A stretch of DNA of 64,000 bases, from positions 1 through 64,000 of IMG/VR virus record IMGVR_UViG_3300021962_000021, one strand, 5' to 3'. A program made the position numbers and the translations under genes. This document shows positions 22,066 to 32,711 of this stretch, one piece after another. Within the stretch, counting starts at the first letter, position 1, and each line of letters opens with the position of its first letter. A model generated the notes under the pieces. The model searched no databases and was not told the origin of the DNA. It worked only from the letters and a program-made list of their open reading frames with translations.

Positions 22066-22538
22066 TGAGCAATTACAATCCAATATATCGTAAATTTGTA
22101 GATGATAGAAATAATGTTGCGCCTAATAAAATGACTAGGGGTAAATTCTATTTAATAAAAGAATACGAATATGTCGACGGTGATAAGGGTAGATTTACAG
22201 AAACAACCGCCCCAATTGTATTTACGCTTTTTGTATCAAAAGCAAAAGATATAATCCATTGTATAAAGGTATCAAATGTAAATCCAAATTTAATTAAAAG
22301 ATTTTTTGGTAAATTTGTAAATGAAGAAACTGAAAGATTGCAAATGAGAGGAAATGCAAAACAAATTTACGAAAAAACAATAGTTAAAATGCCAACAATT
22401 ACAAAAGATTCATATAGAACTTATAAAATAAGTGGATTAAGAAAGGTGATTGAATTAAATATGGATGTAAATGAAATTACTCCAAAAAATAAAAATGTAA
22501 TAGGAATAGATGTAAAATCACAAAAAAGAAATACATAA
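22065..22538 (+). CDS. hypothetical protein (weak resemblance to T4 gp2 DNA end protector)
   Basis: GKFY..P.VF..YRTY pattern; assignment weak. Confidence 0.35.
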   Translation: MSNYNPIYRKFVDDRNNVAPNKMTRGKFYLIKEYEYVDGDKGRFTETTAPIVFTLFVSKAKDIIHCIKVSNVNPNLIKRFFGKFVNEETERLQMRGNAKQIYEKTIVKMPTITKDSYRTYKISGLRKVIELNMDVNEITPKNKNVIGIDVKSQKRNT

Positions 22539-22541
22539 TTT

Positions 22542-23021
22542 ATGACATCAAAAGAGTTTACAATTTGGTTAAAAGGATTTATTACAGCATGTAATGAGTA
22601 TTCTCCTACACCAAAACAATGGGATATAATTAAAGAAGAATTGGAAAACGTAAAGGATGATACTTCAGCTCCATCATTTCCTTTTGGAACACCAAACACT
22701 ACACCATATCCGCTAGACACAACTCCAATAAACCCAGTGATAGACCCGTTTCCAAAATGGCAATATCCACATTATGTAGACCCATATAATCCATACAAAG
22801 TAACTTGTAAAGGAGAAGAAACGCCAACTGGAACTACAATTACAACAACACCTGGTACTGGATTTGTTACGATAGCAAATCCAAATTTAGTATCGTGGGG
22901 CAGTGGTTCGATTACAACAAATAATCCACCATTTGGATTCGGAGTAACATCAACCGCATACGGATACCCAAGTGGTTCTGCATGGCATTATACAAATGGT
23001 GGAAACGATATAAAAGATTAG
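22542..23021 (+). CDS. hypothetical Pro/Thr-rich protein
   Basis: 159 aa ORF, low-complexity C-terminus. Confidence 0.6.
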   Translation: MTSKEFTIWLKGFITACNEYSPTPKQWDIIKEELENVKDDTSAPSFPFGTPNTTPYPLDTTPINPVIDPFPKWQYPHYVDPYNPYKVTCKGEETPTGTTITTTPGTGFVTIANPNLVSWGSGSITTNNPPFGFGVTSTAYGYPSGSAWHYTNGGNDIKD

Positions 23022-23022
23022 A

Positions 23023-23895
23023 ATGAAAAAAGTATTAGTTACAGGTGGTTGTGGTTTTATAGGATACGCATTAACTTTGGAATTAATTAAAAGAGGTTAT
23101 GAAGTTGATGTTATAGATAATCTTTCAATTGGTAAAGAAGCAAAGATACCCGAAGCATGTAATTTCTTGGGTGGTGATATTAGAGCAATGGATAACATAG
23201 ATGATAAACCATATCTTTATATATTTCATTTAGCAGCATTGAGTAGAATACAACCATCATTTCAAAATCCAAATTTGACATTTTCAATAAATGTAGATGG
23301 AACAAAGCAAGTAATTGAATACGTTTATCATAACAAATCTAAATTGATTTATGCTGGTTCATCTTCTAGACATCATAATCCAATACTATCACCTTACGCT
23401 ATGAGTAAACATATGGGAGAAGAATGGATAAAGATGTTTAAGGGGGTATATGGATTGAATGCGGAGATAGTTAGATTTTATAATGTGTATGGACCTGGTG
23501 AGTTAGTGGATTCACATATGGCAGCGGTGATTGGAAAGTGGAGAAGTCAAATTGAAAAAAATTATCCAATATCAATAGTTGGTGACGGTGAACAACGAAG
23601 AGATTTTACGCATATTGATGATATAGTAGATGGTTTAATTAGAATAGCAGAAAGTGATGAAAAACACGAAGATGCTTGGGAATTAGGAACGGGTAAAAAC
23701 TATTCTATAAATGAAGTTGCAGATATGTTTGTTAAAAAATTTAATTGCACTAAATTAAACATTTTTGACCAAAAAGGAAATTATAGAGAAACATTGAGAA
23801 TTAATAATGATGCTATCGAAAGATTAGGATGGCAACCTACTGATAAATTAAAAAGTTACATAAATGAAATTAAGTTACGCAATAACGGCTTGTAA
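23023..23895 (+). CDS. NAD-dependent sugar epimerase/dehydratase
   Basis: TGGCGFIG, HLAA, YAMSK (YxxxK), RFYNVYGP, RDFTHIDD. Confidence 0.92.
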   Translation: MKKVLVTGGCGFIGYALTLELIKRGYEVDVIDNLSIGKEAKIPEACNFLGGDIRAMDNIDDKPYLYIFHLAALSRIQPSFQNPNLTFSINVDGTKQVIEYVYHNKSKLIYAGSSSRHHNPILSPYAMSKHMGEEWIKMFKGVYGLNAEIVRFYNVYGPGELVDSHMAAVIGKWRSQIEKNYPISIVGDGEQRRDFTHIDDIVDGLIRIAESDEKHEDAWELGTGKNYSINEVADMFVKKFNCTKLNIFDQKGNYRETLRINNDAIERLGWQPTDKLKSYINEIKLRNNGL

Positions 23896-24487
23896 CGAAG
23901 TCGAAGAAACCCTTAGATTGGTTACACAGTTATTAAACTACAAAGGAGAAAATTCAGAAGTTGTAGTTTTATTAGATACACCAAAAGCACCTACCGAATT
24001 ATTAGAATATTTGGAATTACAAGGTGAAGCAAATCACATTAACCTAATTGAATCGGAATTTGATAATGATTTTGCACAATGGAAAAATCTTTTAAATTCA
24101 CAATGTAAAGGTGAATGGATATTTCAGTTAGATGCTGATGAATACTTAGACCCAAATCTTATTGTAAATTTAGAAGAAATATTAGATACTAATACTGATA
24201 AAGATTTGATATTAGTTCCTAGAATTAATACTGTTGAAGGATTAACCGAAACACATATTCAAAAATGGGGTTGGAATGTAAATGAAAAAGGTTGGGTAAA
24301 TTTTCCAGATGTTCAAACCCGTATCTATAAAAATTCAGATAAGATTGGATGGAGTGGAAAGGTGCACGAAAGAATTGTAGGATTTGAATCATATACTGCA
24401 TTTCCAACGGATGAAGTGTATTGTATTAAACATCCAAAGACAATAGAAAGACAAGAAAAACAAAACAACTATTACGAAACTTTATAA
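23864..24487 (+). CDS. GT2-family glycosyltransferase
   Basis: ITACNE, LDADE, VHERI. Confidence 0.8.
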   Translation: MKLSYAITACNEVEETLRLVTQLLNYKGENSEVVVLLDTPKAPTELLEYLELQGEANHINLIESEFDNDFAQWKNLLNSQCKGEWIFQLDADEYLDPNLIVNLEEILDTNTDKDLILVPRINTVEGLTETHIQKWGWNVNEKGWVNFPDVQTRIYKNSDKIGWSGKVHERIVGFESYTAFPTDEVYCIKHPKTIERQEKQNNYYETL

Positions 24488-25149
24488 TGGTATACATTTA
24501 TTATCACATATATGCTATTGATGGTGTTGAATCTATAATAGATGAACAACTAAAACTGATACAAACTCATTTTAATTTTCCATTTATACTTAATGTTGGA
24601 ATATCAATTGCAAATGAAAATGTATCATCAAAGGAAATTATTGAAAAATTTTATAAATTTAATAAACCAAATTATAAAATAAGAGATATTAGATGTAAAG
24701 GTAATGAATTTGTTACATTAGATTTAATAGAAGAAGATAAAAATATTTTCAAAGATTCTGATTATATTTTGTATATTCATACAAAGGGTGCATCTAAACA
24801 AAAAGAAGCTGTTTATAAAAACATAAAAACTTGGAGAGAGTTGATGAACTATTTTAATATAGAAAAGGTAAAAAGTGTTATTAAAATATTTGAAAAAAGT
24901 GATTTTAACACATATGGTGTTTTATATAGTGAATTAGCAAATTGGAAATTATATTCAGGAAATTTTTGGTGGATGAAAGGTAGTTATGCAAAAACAATTT
25001 CATTGGACTCTGTAAAAAGAAATAATAGATTTTATGCAGAAACTCAATTTGTAAGTATGGGTGAAAATTGGAATCCATACTCACCATACAATAGAACAGG
25101 TGAAAATCATTATGATATAGAATTTAAAAAAGAAGAGTATGCAAAATAA
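24487..25149 (+). CDS. glycosyltransferase-like protein
   Basis: ILYIHTKG, YSGNFWW, AE motifs seen in GT-like proteins of large phages. Confidence 0.5.
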   Translation: MVYIYYHIYAIDGVESIIDEQLKLIQTHFNFPFILNVGISIANENVSSKEIIEKFYKFNKPNYKIRDIRCKGNEFVTLDLIEEDKNIFKDSDYILYIHTKGASKQKEAVYKNIKTWRELMNYFNIEKVKSVIKIFEKSDFNTYGVLYSELANWKLYSGNFWWMKGSYAKTISLDSVKRNNRFYAETQFVSMGENWNPYSPYNRTGENHYDIEFKKEEYAK

Positions 25150-26014
25150 AATAACATTTATATATAATCACAAACCAAACGAAACCTGGTCAACTCCACT
25201 ATCTTTATTGAATGAATTTAAAGAAAGAGGTTGGGAAACTGAAATAGTTCCAATTACTGCAGATGATGATTCTGTATTACAATTGTGGATTCAACAAGAT
25301 ACACCAACCGATATAGTATTGTTTATGGATTGGGGTAGAATTGATTCACCATATTTGGATAAAAGTTTAAAACCATCGGCATGTTGGATACAGGAAAGTG
25401 GTGATGACCCACAAAATTTTGAAAGAAACTATCCAAAAGCAAGTCGTTTTCATTATACAATTACACCGGATAGAGTATCGGCAGCCGAATACAGAGAAAG
25501 AGGTATAGATGCAGAATGGATACCACATTGGGCAGATACTGCAGTTCAATTTCCAATGAATTTAGAACCCGAATATGTTGCGGTAACGAGCAGAGGACCT
25601 GGTGGTTCTCAATTTTTAGATTATCTCACCAATTGGGCAGAAGGTGTAATTGGAAATAAAAACGGAATGGAAGCAAAGGAGCATACTGAATTTTTGAATA
25701 AAGGTTTAATGATTATTCAAAATAGTAGATGGGGTGAAATTACAAGAAGAATATTTGAAGGAATGGCTTGTGGTAAAATGGTATTAACCGATAGATTGGA
25801 TGTGAGTAGGGGGTTAGAAGAATTATTCATTGATGGACAAGATATCGTATTATATAATGATATGTTTGATTGTATTGAAAAGATTAATTATTACAATGAA
25901 AACGAAGAAGAAAGAGAAAGAATTGCATATAATGGAATGGCAAAGGTTATAGCAAATCATACACAAATACAAAGAGTAGATAAATTAATAGAAAAATGGA
26001 AAGGTTACCGATAA
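25139..26014 (+). CDS. glycosyltransferase (CgeB/Glyco_trans_1_2-like)
   Basis: RRIFEGMACG..VLTD, RIAYNG..KV..NHT. Confidence 0.75.
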   Translation: MQNKITFIYNHKPNETWSTPLSLLNEFKERGWETEIVPITADDDSVLQLWIQQDTPTDIVLFMDWGRIDSPYLDKSLKPSACWIQESGDDPQNFERNYPKASRFHYTITPDRVSAAEYRERGIDAEWIPHWADTAVQFPMNLEPEYVAVTSRGPGGSQFLDYLTNWAEGVIGNKNGMEAKEHTEFLNKGLMIIQNSRWGEITRRIFEGMACGKMVLTDRLDVSRGLEELFIDGQDIVLYNDMFDCIEKINYYNENEEERERIAYNGMAKVIANHTQIQRVDKLIEKWKGYR

Positions 26015-26736
26015 GTATAGGAATATTATCCTGGCATAGTGGACAAGTATTAGTAGATACATTAACCACATATTATGAAAATGGTTTGTTTGATATGGTA
26101 AATGATGTTACTATTCTATTTCAGGAAGTAACACCACAAGATATTCAAATTGCAACTCATTTTGGATTAGATTTTATAGGATTACAAAAGAACATTGGAA
26201 TCGGACAAGCATTCATTAGATTAACTGAAAATGCACAATCCGATTATGTTTTAGTATTGGAGCATGATTGGAATCTGATAGAGGATAGAGAAACCACATA
26301 TAACACATTAAAGAGAAGTTATCAAGCAATTGAAATGGGATTGGATGTTGTTAGATTAAGACATAGGAAAAATCCAGGCCACCCACATTTTTCTTTTCAA
26401 TACCAAGGAAGAGAATTGGAATATTATGATAAAGAAATTGAATGCACATCGCCGCATTTATTGGATTCAGTTCATTGGTGTGAACCGGCTGAAAAGTTTC
26501 CGGAACACATTAAAAAGAGTGAAGATATGTTTCATACCACATCTCGATATGGTAATTGGACAAACAATCCATGTCTTTATAAAAAACAATTTTACTTAGA
26601 TGTGGTTAGACCATTTGCAGGAGAAGGTATCGGATTAGAAGGAAATATAAGTAAGTGGTGGGCACAGCAGAATTATAAAGTTGGTCACAATGAAGGTTTA
26701 TTTATGCACAACGATTGGCAAAAATACGGAAGATAA
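25996..26736 (+). CDS. GT-A fold glycosyltransferase-like protein
   Basis: NIGI, VLVLEHDW, VVRLRHR, WTNNPCLY. Confidence 0.55.
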   Translation: MERLPISIGILSWHSGQVLVDTLTTYYENGLFDMVNDVTILFQEVTPQDIQIATHFGLDFIGLQKNIGIGQAFIRLTENAQSDYVLVLEHDWNLIEDRETTYNTLKRSYQAIEMGLDVVRLRHRKNPGHPHFSFQYQGRELEYYDKEIECTSPHLLDSVHWCEPAEKFPEHIKKSEDMFHTTSRYGNWTNNPCLYKKQFYLDVVRPFAGEGIGLEGNISKWWAQQNYKVGHNEGLFMHNDWQKYGR

Positions 26737-28103
26737 TGATAAAATTAATTATATTTGATTTAGATGGTGTATTGGTTGAGGCCAAAGATATACACTTTAA
26801 AACACTAAACCAAGCTCTTTGGGAAATTGGTAAAAGTGATAAGTATGTAATTTCAGAAGCAGAACACCTTTCAATATATGATGGATTAAAAACGAATCAA
26901 AAATTAGAATTACTTACACAAAATAAAGGATTACACCCAAATACATACGAAACCGTTTGGAATAGAAAGCAACATCTTACGATTGATGCAATATCGGAAT
27001 TACAACCTGATTTAGATAAAATTGAATTGTTTAAAGAGCTTCGTAATAGAGGTTATAAATTAGCAGTTGCATCAAACTCAATTAGAAGGTCAGTATTGGT
27101 AATGTTGGCGAAGATTGGTATTATTGAGTATATGGATTTAATCATCTCTAATGAGGATGTAAAGAACTCTAAACCACATCCTGAAATGTATTGGAAGGCA
27201 ATGAGTATGATGGGTGTTTTGCCAGAACAAACTCTAATCGTAGAAGATTCACCACATGGTTTGTTAGCTGCGAGTAGAAGTAGAGCAAATGTATTAAGAG
27301 TAGATAATCCAAAAGATTTGGTATTATCGAAAATTATTAGTAAATTAGAACAAAGGACAAATATGAAAATACCAAAATGGCAAGGTGGTAAGATGAATGT
27401 TCTTATCCCAATGGCAGGAGCAGGAAGTAGATTTCAACAAGCAGGATATACATTTCCAAAACCCCTAATTGATGTTGAAGGTAAACCAATGATTCAAGTT
27501 GTTGTTGATAATTTGAACATTGATGCAACTTTCATTTATGTAGTTCAGAAAGAACATAGAGCAAAATATAATTTAGATACTCTATTAAACTTAATCACTC
27601 CAAATTGTAAGATTGTAGAAGTTGATGGAATTACAGAAGGTGCTGCATGCACAACTTTATTAGCAAAAGAATATATTGATAACGATGCACCATTAGTTAT
27701 GGCAAACTCTGACCAATTTTTAGAGTGGGATTCCAATGAGTTTATGTATAAGATGATTGAACAAAAAGTTGATGGTGGGATTGTTACATTTACAGCAACA
27801 CATCCAAAGTGGTCATTCGCTAAAGTGGATGAGTATGGGTATGTTACGGAAGTAGCTGAAAAGAATCCAATTTCAGATATAGCAACTGTTGGTGTTTATT
27901 ATTGGGCTAAAGGTTCTGATTATGTAAAATATGCAGAACAAATGATTGAAAAGAATATCAGAGTAAACAATGAGTTTTATGTTTGTCCTGTTTTCAATGA
28001 AGCAATTGGTGATGATAAAAAAATCAAAACATTTAACATTGATAAGATGTGGGGATTGGGAACACCTGAAGATTTAACATATTACTTAGAAAATCATAAA
28101 TAA
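26736..28103 (+). CDS. HAD phosphatase fused to sugar nucleotidyltransferase-like domain
   Basis: N: FDLDGVL, KPHPE, VEDS; C: IPMAGAGSRF, PKPLI, ANSDQ, GLGTPEDL; probable start 26736. Confidence 0.85.
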   Translation: MIKLIIFDLDGVLVEAKDIHFKTLNQALWEIGKSDKYVISEAEHLSIYDGLKTNQKLELLTQNKGLHPNTYETVWNRKQHLTIDAISELQPDLDKIELFKELRNRGYKLAVASNSIRRSVLVMLAKIGIIEYMDLIISNEDVKNSKPHPEMYWKAMSMMGVLPEQTLIVEDSPHGLLAASRSRANVLRVDNPKDLVLSKIISKLEQRTNMKIPKWQGGKMNVLIPMAGAGSRFQQAGYTFPKPLIDVEGKPMIQVVVDNLNIDATFIYVVQKEHRAKYNLDTLLNLITPNCKIVEVDGITEGAACTTLLAKEYIDNDAPLVMANSDQFLEWDSNEFMYKMIEQKVDGGIVTFTATHPKWSFAKVDEYGYVTEVAEKNPISDIATVGVYYWAKGSDYVKYAEQMIEKNIRVNNEFYVCPVFNEAIGDDKKIKTFNIDKMWGLGTPEDLTYYLENHK

Positions 28104-28798
28104 TGAAAGTAGCGTTGATGTTGACTGGCTTGGCCAGAAAAGTTGAAAAAGGTTATGATAGTTATTGGAAATATATTTTAAATAATAATGATGTAGACCT
28201 TTATTTGCATGCATGGTATAGTAAACCAGATGAACTAACAAATCACGAAGATAGTGATATAGTTTCTAAAGTATATCCAAATCACAAATATCTTTTTATA
28301 GAAAAACCATTCAAATTTACAGAATATAGAAAAGGAATTGACAATCCTGGAAATGATAATTCCAGACCTTTGGAAGATTTTGATGTAGCAGGTAATTTTA
28401 GAAGTTTTCCTATGTATTATGGTTGGCAATCAACATATCAGCAAATTTTAAATTCAGATACAAAATATGATTGTGTAATTAGAAGTAGATATGATTTGGG
28501 TGGGTTACCATTAAATTTATCTAAATTGGATTTAACAAAAATAAATGTAGCTGTAAATCATTGGAATGGTTGGGATAAAAATGATGATAATTTATGTGTA
28601 ACAAACAAAGAAACTGCAGATTTAATATTTCCAAATATATTCGATAATATAGTTGCACATCATAAAGTAACAGGCCAAATAGGTTGTGCAGAAGATAATT
28701 GGACAGATTTCTTAAAAAGAAAAGGATTACATCACTTATCATATAAAGACCCAAATATTAATTTTCATTTATTAAGAGATAATAAATTATGGTATTAA
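28103..28798 (+). CDS. glycan-associated hypothetical protein
   Basis: VALMLTGLAR, DLYLHAW, VIRSRYD; paralogous pattern to 30465. Confidence 0.55.
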   Translation: MKVALMLTGLARKVEKGYDSYWKYILNNNDVDLYLHAWYSKPDELTNHEDSDIVSKVYPNHKYLFIEKPFKFTEYRKGIDNPGNDNSRPLEDFDVAGNFRSFPMYYGWQSTYQQILNSDTKYDCVIRSRYDLGGLPLNLSKLDLTKINVAVNHWNGWDKNDDNLCVTNKETADLIFPNIFDNIVAHHKVTGQIGCAEDNWTDFLKRKGLHHLSYKDPNINFHLLRDNKLWY

Positions 28799-29232
28799 TA
28801 TCACATAGAGGAAATATTGACGGAAGAATTCCAAGTAGAGAAAATCATCCTGATTACATAGCAGAAGCAATAAAAGATGGATATGAAGTTGAAATTGATG
28901 TTTGGTTTACATCGGATGGTTGGTATTTAGGACACGATGAACCACAATATAAAATAAAAACGGAATATCTTTTTAATCAAAAATTGTGGATGCATTGTAA
29001 AAACGCCGCAGCGTTAGAAAAATTAAATAAATGGAATAATGTAAAATATTTTTGGCATGCAAATGATGATTATACTTTAGTTTCAAATGGGATGGTTTGG
29101 GTATATCCAGGAAAACAAGCATTGAAAAATTCAATATATTGTATGCCAGAATGGGGTTATAATGGTGATTTATCAATTTGTTATGGAATTTGCACGGATG
29201 AAATTTTAAAATATAAAGAATTATACAAATAA
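28789..29232 (+). CDS. glycerophosphodiester phosphodiesterase-like (PLC-like) protein
   Basis: ISHRGN, VEIDVW, LGHD, HCKN, GICTD. Confidence 0.75.
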   Translation: MVLISHRGNIDGRIPSRENHPDYIAEAIKDGYEVEIDVWFTSDGWYLGHDEPQYKIKTEYLFNQKLWMHCKNAAALEKLNKWNNVKYFWHANDDYTLVSNGMVWVYPGKQALKNSIYCMPEWGYNGDLSICYGICTDEILKYKELYK

Positions 29233-30468
29233 ATGAAAGAAGTTAAACAGATTACAAATTGTCCGATTACAAATGATTCGGAAAGATTTACTTATATAGA
29301 TTTAGGCGATATGCCTTTGGTAAACAATTTATGTGATACAAAAGAAGAATCATTGAATTGTAAAAAATATCCATTATCAGTTCAATATTTTAAAAAGAGT
29401 AAATTATCGTGTTTAACTGAAAATGTAGACCCGAACTTAATGTTTTCACAATACTCATATAAATCGGGTGTAGTAAAAGTATATGCAGACCATTGCGAAG
29501 AAATGTTTAAATTTGTTGATACATATTTGAATTTAACAGAAAATGATAATGTATTGGATGTTGGTGGAAATGATGGAACTTTGTTAAAATCATTTCTAAA
29601 ACTAAAACCATATTTAAATGTATTAAATGTGGATGCATCAGAAAATCTTACAAAGTTAAGTGAACAAAAGGGTGTTCCAACTCATAATGCATTTTGGGGA
29701 ACTGAAACGGCAAAAAAGTTAAATAAAAAGTTTAAATTGATTACCTCTACAAATGTATTTCAACATACCCCACCTATTGTGGATTTTGTAGAAGCTATAT
29801 CAATGAGTTTAGAACCATATGGTATTTGGTGTTTGGAATTCCCATATTGGAAAACAAATATGGAAACAAAACAATATGACCAAATATATCACGAACATGT
29901 TTATTTTTATTTATTAGAACCATTGGCAGAACTATTTGCAAAATTTGGTTTAAGAATTATAAAGGTAACTCCGCAATCCATACATGGTGGTAGTTTAAGA
30001 TTATTAATATCTCATATTGGAAAATTGGGAGAAGCATGGCAACCATGTTCATATGTAGAAAAGTTCATTTCGGAAGAACAAGAAATAACGGAAGAATATT
30101 ATAAAAATTGGGGTAAAGAAATTGAATGGCATATTCAAACTTGTAGAGAATATTTAGGAATTACAAAATCAATTGGTGGAAAAATCGTAGGATTTGGGGC
30201 AGCTGCAAAGGGATGTATATTCTTAAATAGTGCAAAGATAGACCATAATATATTGGATGCAATAATAGATGATACCGATTTAAAGCAAGGTAAATTTGTT
30301 CCTGGAACAGGTATTCAAATTCATAGTAGAGAATATTTAAAAAACAATCATGTCGATGCTATTCTAATATTGGCACACAACTTTAAAGATGTTATTATCG
30401 AAAGTTTAAGAAATGATGGGTATAAAGGTCAGTTTATTGTTTTATTTCCAAATATAGAAGTTATATGA
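29233..30468 (+). CDS. NDP-hexose C-methyltransferase family protein
   Basis: LGDMPLVN, DVGGNDG, NVFQH, YDQIYHEH, IHGGSLR, GAAAKG, LAHNF. Confidence 0.85.
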   Translation: MKEVKQITNCPITNDSERFTYIDLGDMPLVNNLCDTKEESLNCKKYPLSVQYFKKSKLSCLTENVDPNLMFSQYSYKSGVVKVYADHCEEMFKFVDTYLNLTENDNVLDVGGNDGTLLKSFLKLKPYLNVLNVDASENLTKLSEQKGVPTHNAFWGTETAKKLNKKFKLITSTNVFQHTPPIVDFVEAISMSLEPYGIWCLEFPYWKTNMETKQYDQIYHEHVYFYLLEPLAELFAKFGLRIIKVTPQSIHGGSLRLLISHIGKLGEAWQPCSYVEKFISEEQEITEEYYKNWGKEIEWHIQTCREYLGITKSIGGKIVGFGAAAKGCIFLNSAKIDHNILDAIIDDTDLKQGKFVPGTGIQIHSREYLKNNHVDAILILAHNFKDVIIESLRNDGYKGQFIVLFPNIEVI

Positions 30469-31133
30469 GAATAGGAATTAATTTAGTTGGAGTTTCGTAT
30501 AACGATGGAAAGGTTGGTAGATATAGAAATTATGAAGATGCATTGGAAGGATTTATGACCAATGTTGTAAATCCGTTGATAGAAGAAGGACATGAACTAT
30601 TTTCATATCTATACACATATGATTCTCCAAAAAGAGAAGATATTATAAAAACTTACAATCCAGTTAAATCAACATTTTTAGACCCAAATTATAATAAAAT
30701 GGGTGGCGGCGATGTTATTGAAAATCAAATGAAAATAATATCTTTAACATACATCAATGCATTAAATGAATTAGTTGATGAAAAGTTGGATTTAGTTATT
30801 TCAACTAGATTTGATATTTCATTTAATATAAATCCATTTAAAGAATTTAATTTTGAAATTGATAAATTCAATTTTCTATTTAGAGAACCTATAATGAAAA
30901 CATTGCCATTAGTATGTGATACATTTTATGTTTTTCCACATTCAATGACAAATGATTTTATACAAGCAATTATAGATATGGAAACAAACCCATATCAAGG
31001 TGTAAATATTGCAATGCATAATATGTTGAGACCTATACAAAAAATAGTTGGAGAAGATAAAGTTAAATATGTTTGTGATGAATATTATTCTAGTTTAGAA
31101 AATCCATTTTATAAATTAACAAGACATGGCTAA
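30465..31133 (+). CDS. glycan-associated hypothetical protein
   Basis: IGINLVG, ISTRFD, CDTFY; similar pattern to 28103. Confidence 0.5.
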   Translation: MRIGINLVGVSYNDGKVGRYRNYEDALEGFMTNVVNPLIEEGHELFSYLYTYDSPKREDIIKTYNPVKSTFLDPNYNKMGGGDVIENQMKIISLTYINALNELVDEKLDLVISTRFDISFNINPFKEFNFEIDKFNFLFREPIMKTLPLVCDTFYVFPHSMTNDFIQAIIDMETNPYQGVNIAMHNMLRPIQKIVGEDKVKYVCDEYYSSLENPFYKLTRHG

Positions 31134-31917
31134 TTGGTTAAACGCATATTTGTGGGGATATAAAAATTGGGAAGCTGCTGACCATGCTTTTCGTAAATTT
31201 AAAGAATTTTATCCAGAAGGCGATATATTCATTAAAGTAGATGATGGTGGTGATTTTGAAAACTATAAAAAGGTTGCAGAAAAGTGGAATGCTGATATTT
31301 CAAAAAATCCATTTCAAATAGGTTATCCTGGAAATCATCAACAACATAATGTTGGTAGAGATTGTTGGCCAAAAGATAATGCATTTTTATGGTGCGACAA
31401 CATATATTGGACTTGTAAAAAATCGGACTCAAAATTTCTAATAGTATTGGAAGAAGATAGTTTTATTCTTAAACCAATCAGTATTATCAAACAATGTGAA
31501 TTTGGTATTGCTGGATTTGAATATAATACAAATGTTATTCCACAATATTTAATGGATATAGTTAATCAATTGGGTGGTAATACCGATATACCGTTAAATA
31601 TATTTGGTAGAAAAGGATATGGTGCAGGTGGAGGATTTATTATAGATTGTGATAAGTGGTGTAAGAGTTGGGAAAAATTTAGACCTGTATTAGAATTAAA
31701 TTACGATATGATTTCATCTTATGAAAAATTGATAGGATGGTCGGATTGTTTGGCACAACTTACTATAATGGTAGGTGGATATGAAGTTTTACAAAATCCA
31801 AATCATGTACAAGCTTGGTATCACGAAAGACCGGATTTATATCCAAACTATACACATTGGAGAGATTATGAGATTGCAGATTATGTAAAAGATATTGAAA
31901 TAATAAAAGGATTATAA
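31126..31917 (+). CDS. glycosyltransferase-like protein
   Basis: LEEDSF (DxD-like), GGGFI. Confidence 0.45.
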   Translation: MANWLNAYLWGYKNWEAADHAFRKFKEFYPEGDIFIKVDDGGDFENYKKVAEKWNADISKNPFQIGYPGNHQQHNVGRDCWPKDNAFLWCDNIYWTCKKSDSKFLIVLEEDSFILKPISIIKQCEFGIAGFEYNTNVIPQYLMDIVNQLGGNTDIPLNIFGRKGYGAGGGFIIDCDKWCKSWEKFRPVLELNYDMISSYEKLIGWSDCLAQLTIMVGGYEVLQNPNHVQAWYHERPDLYPNYTHWRDYEIADYVKDIEIIKGL

Positions 31918-32711
31918 TGAAATACACAATAGTAGGTTGTATAACAAAATATGGAGTAGATGATATCAAACCATATGTTGAGTCGATTAAACAAAGTGGA
32001 TTCAATGGTGATAAGATAATGTTGGTTTATGATGTTTCTGGAGAAGTATTAGATTACTTAATGGAAAATGATTGGTTAATTGCACAGGGACAATTACAAG
32101 AACATATCATTCTACAAAGATTTAGAGATATGTATGCACTTTTACACGCATCGAGAACGGATGTAATAATTTGGACTGATGTGAAAGATGTTATATTTCA
32201 AAAAGACCCAACGGAATGGTTGAATAAATGGATGAGACGAGATATACTTGCATTTAGTGAATGTGTTAGATTAAAAGATGACCCATGGGCTTGTGTAAAT
32301 AGTGGAACAACATTTCCAATGGAATGGGAATATGGAATAAAAGAAGAAATCAGCTATTGTGCAGGAACTATTGTTGGTAAAAGAGAAGCAATGAGAGATT
32401 TGTTTATTGACATTTATAGATGGAGTAAAACAACTGCAAACCCAGAACAACTTTCTGACCAAGCTGCATATAATGTTTTATTGAGATTAGACCATTATAA
32501 ACATAGTGTAGAGTTTGTAGAACAAGAAAGAGGATTTGCAACACAATTAGGAACGGTTTGGATAAATAAAGATAAGTTTTCATTAACCGAACCAACACCA
32601 ATGTTTAAAGATGGTAAATTCTACAATCAAAAAGGTGATGAATTTACAATAGTTCATCAATACGATAGAGACCCACAAATTAAAAAAGAAATTTATGAAA
32701 GGTATAATTAG
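31917..32711 (+). CDS. glycosyltransferase-like protein
   Basis: TDVKDVIFQKDP, CAGTIVG, DQAAYN, IVHQYDR. Confidence 0.55.
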   Translation: MKYTIVGCITKYGVDDIKPYVESIKQSGFNGDKIMLVYDVSGEVLDYLMENDWLIAQGQLQEHIILQRFRDMYALLHASRTDVIIWTDVKDVIFQKDPTEWLNKWMRRDILAFSECVRLKDDPWACVNSGTTFPMEWEYGIKEEISYCAGTIVGKREAMRDLFIDIYRWSKTTANPEQLSDQAAYNVLLRLDHYKHSVEFVEQERGFATQLGTVWINKDKFSLTEPTPMFKDGKFYNQKGDEFTIVHQYDRDPQIKKEIYERYN

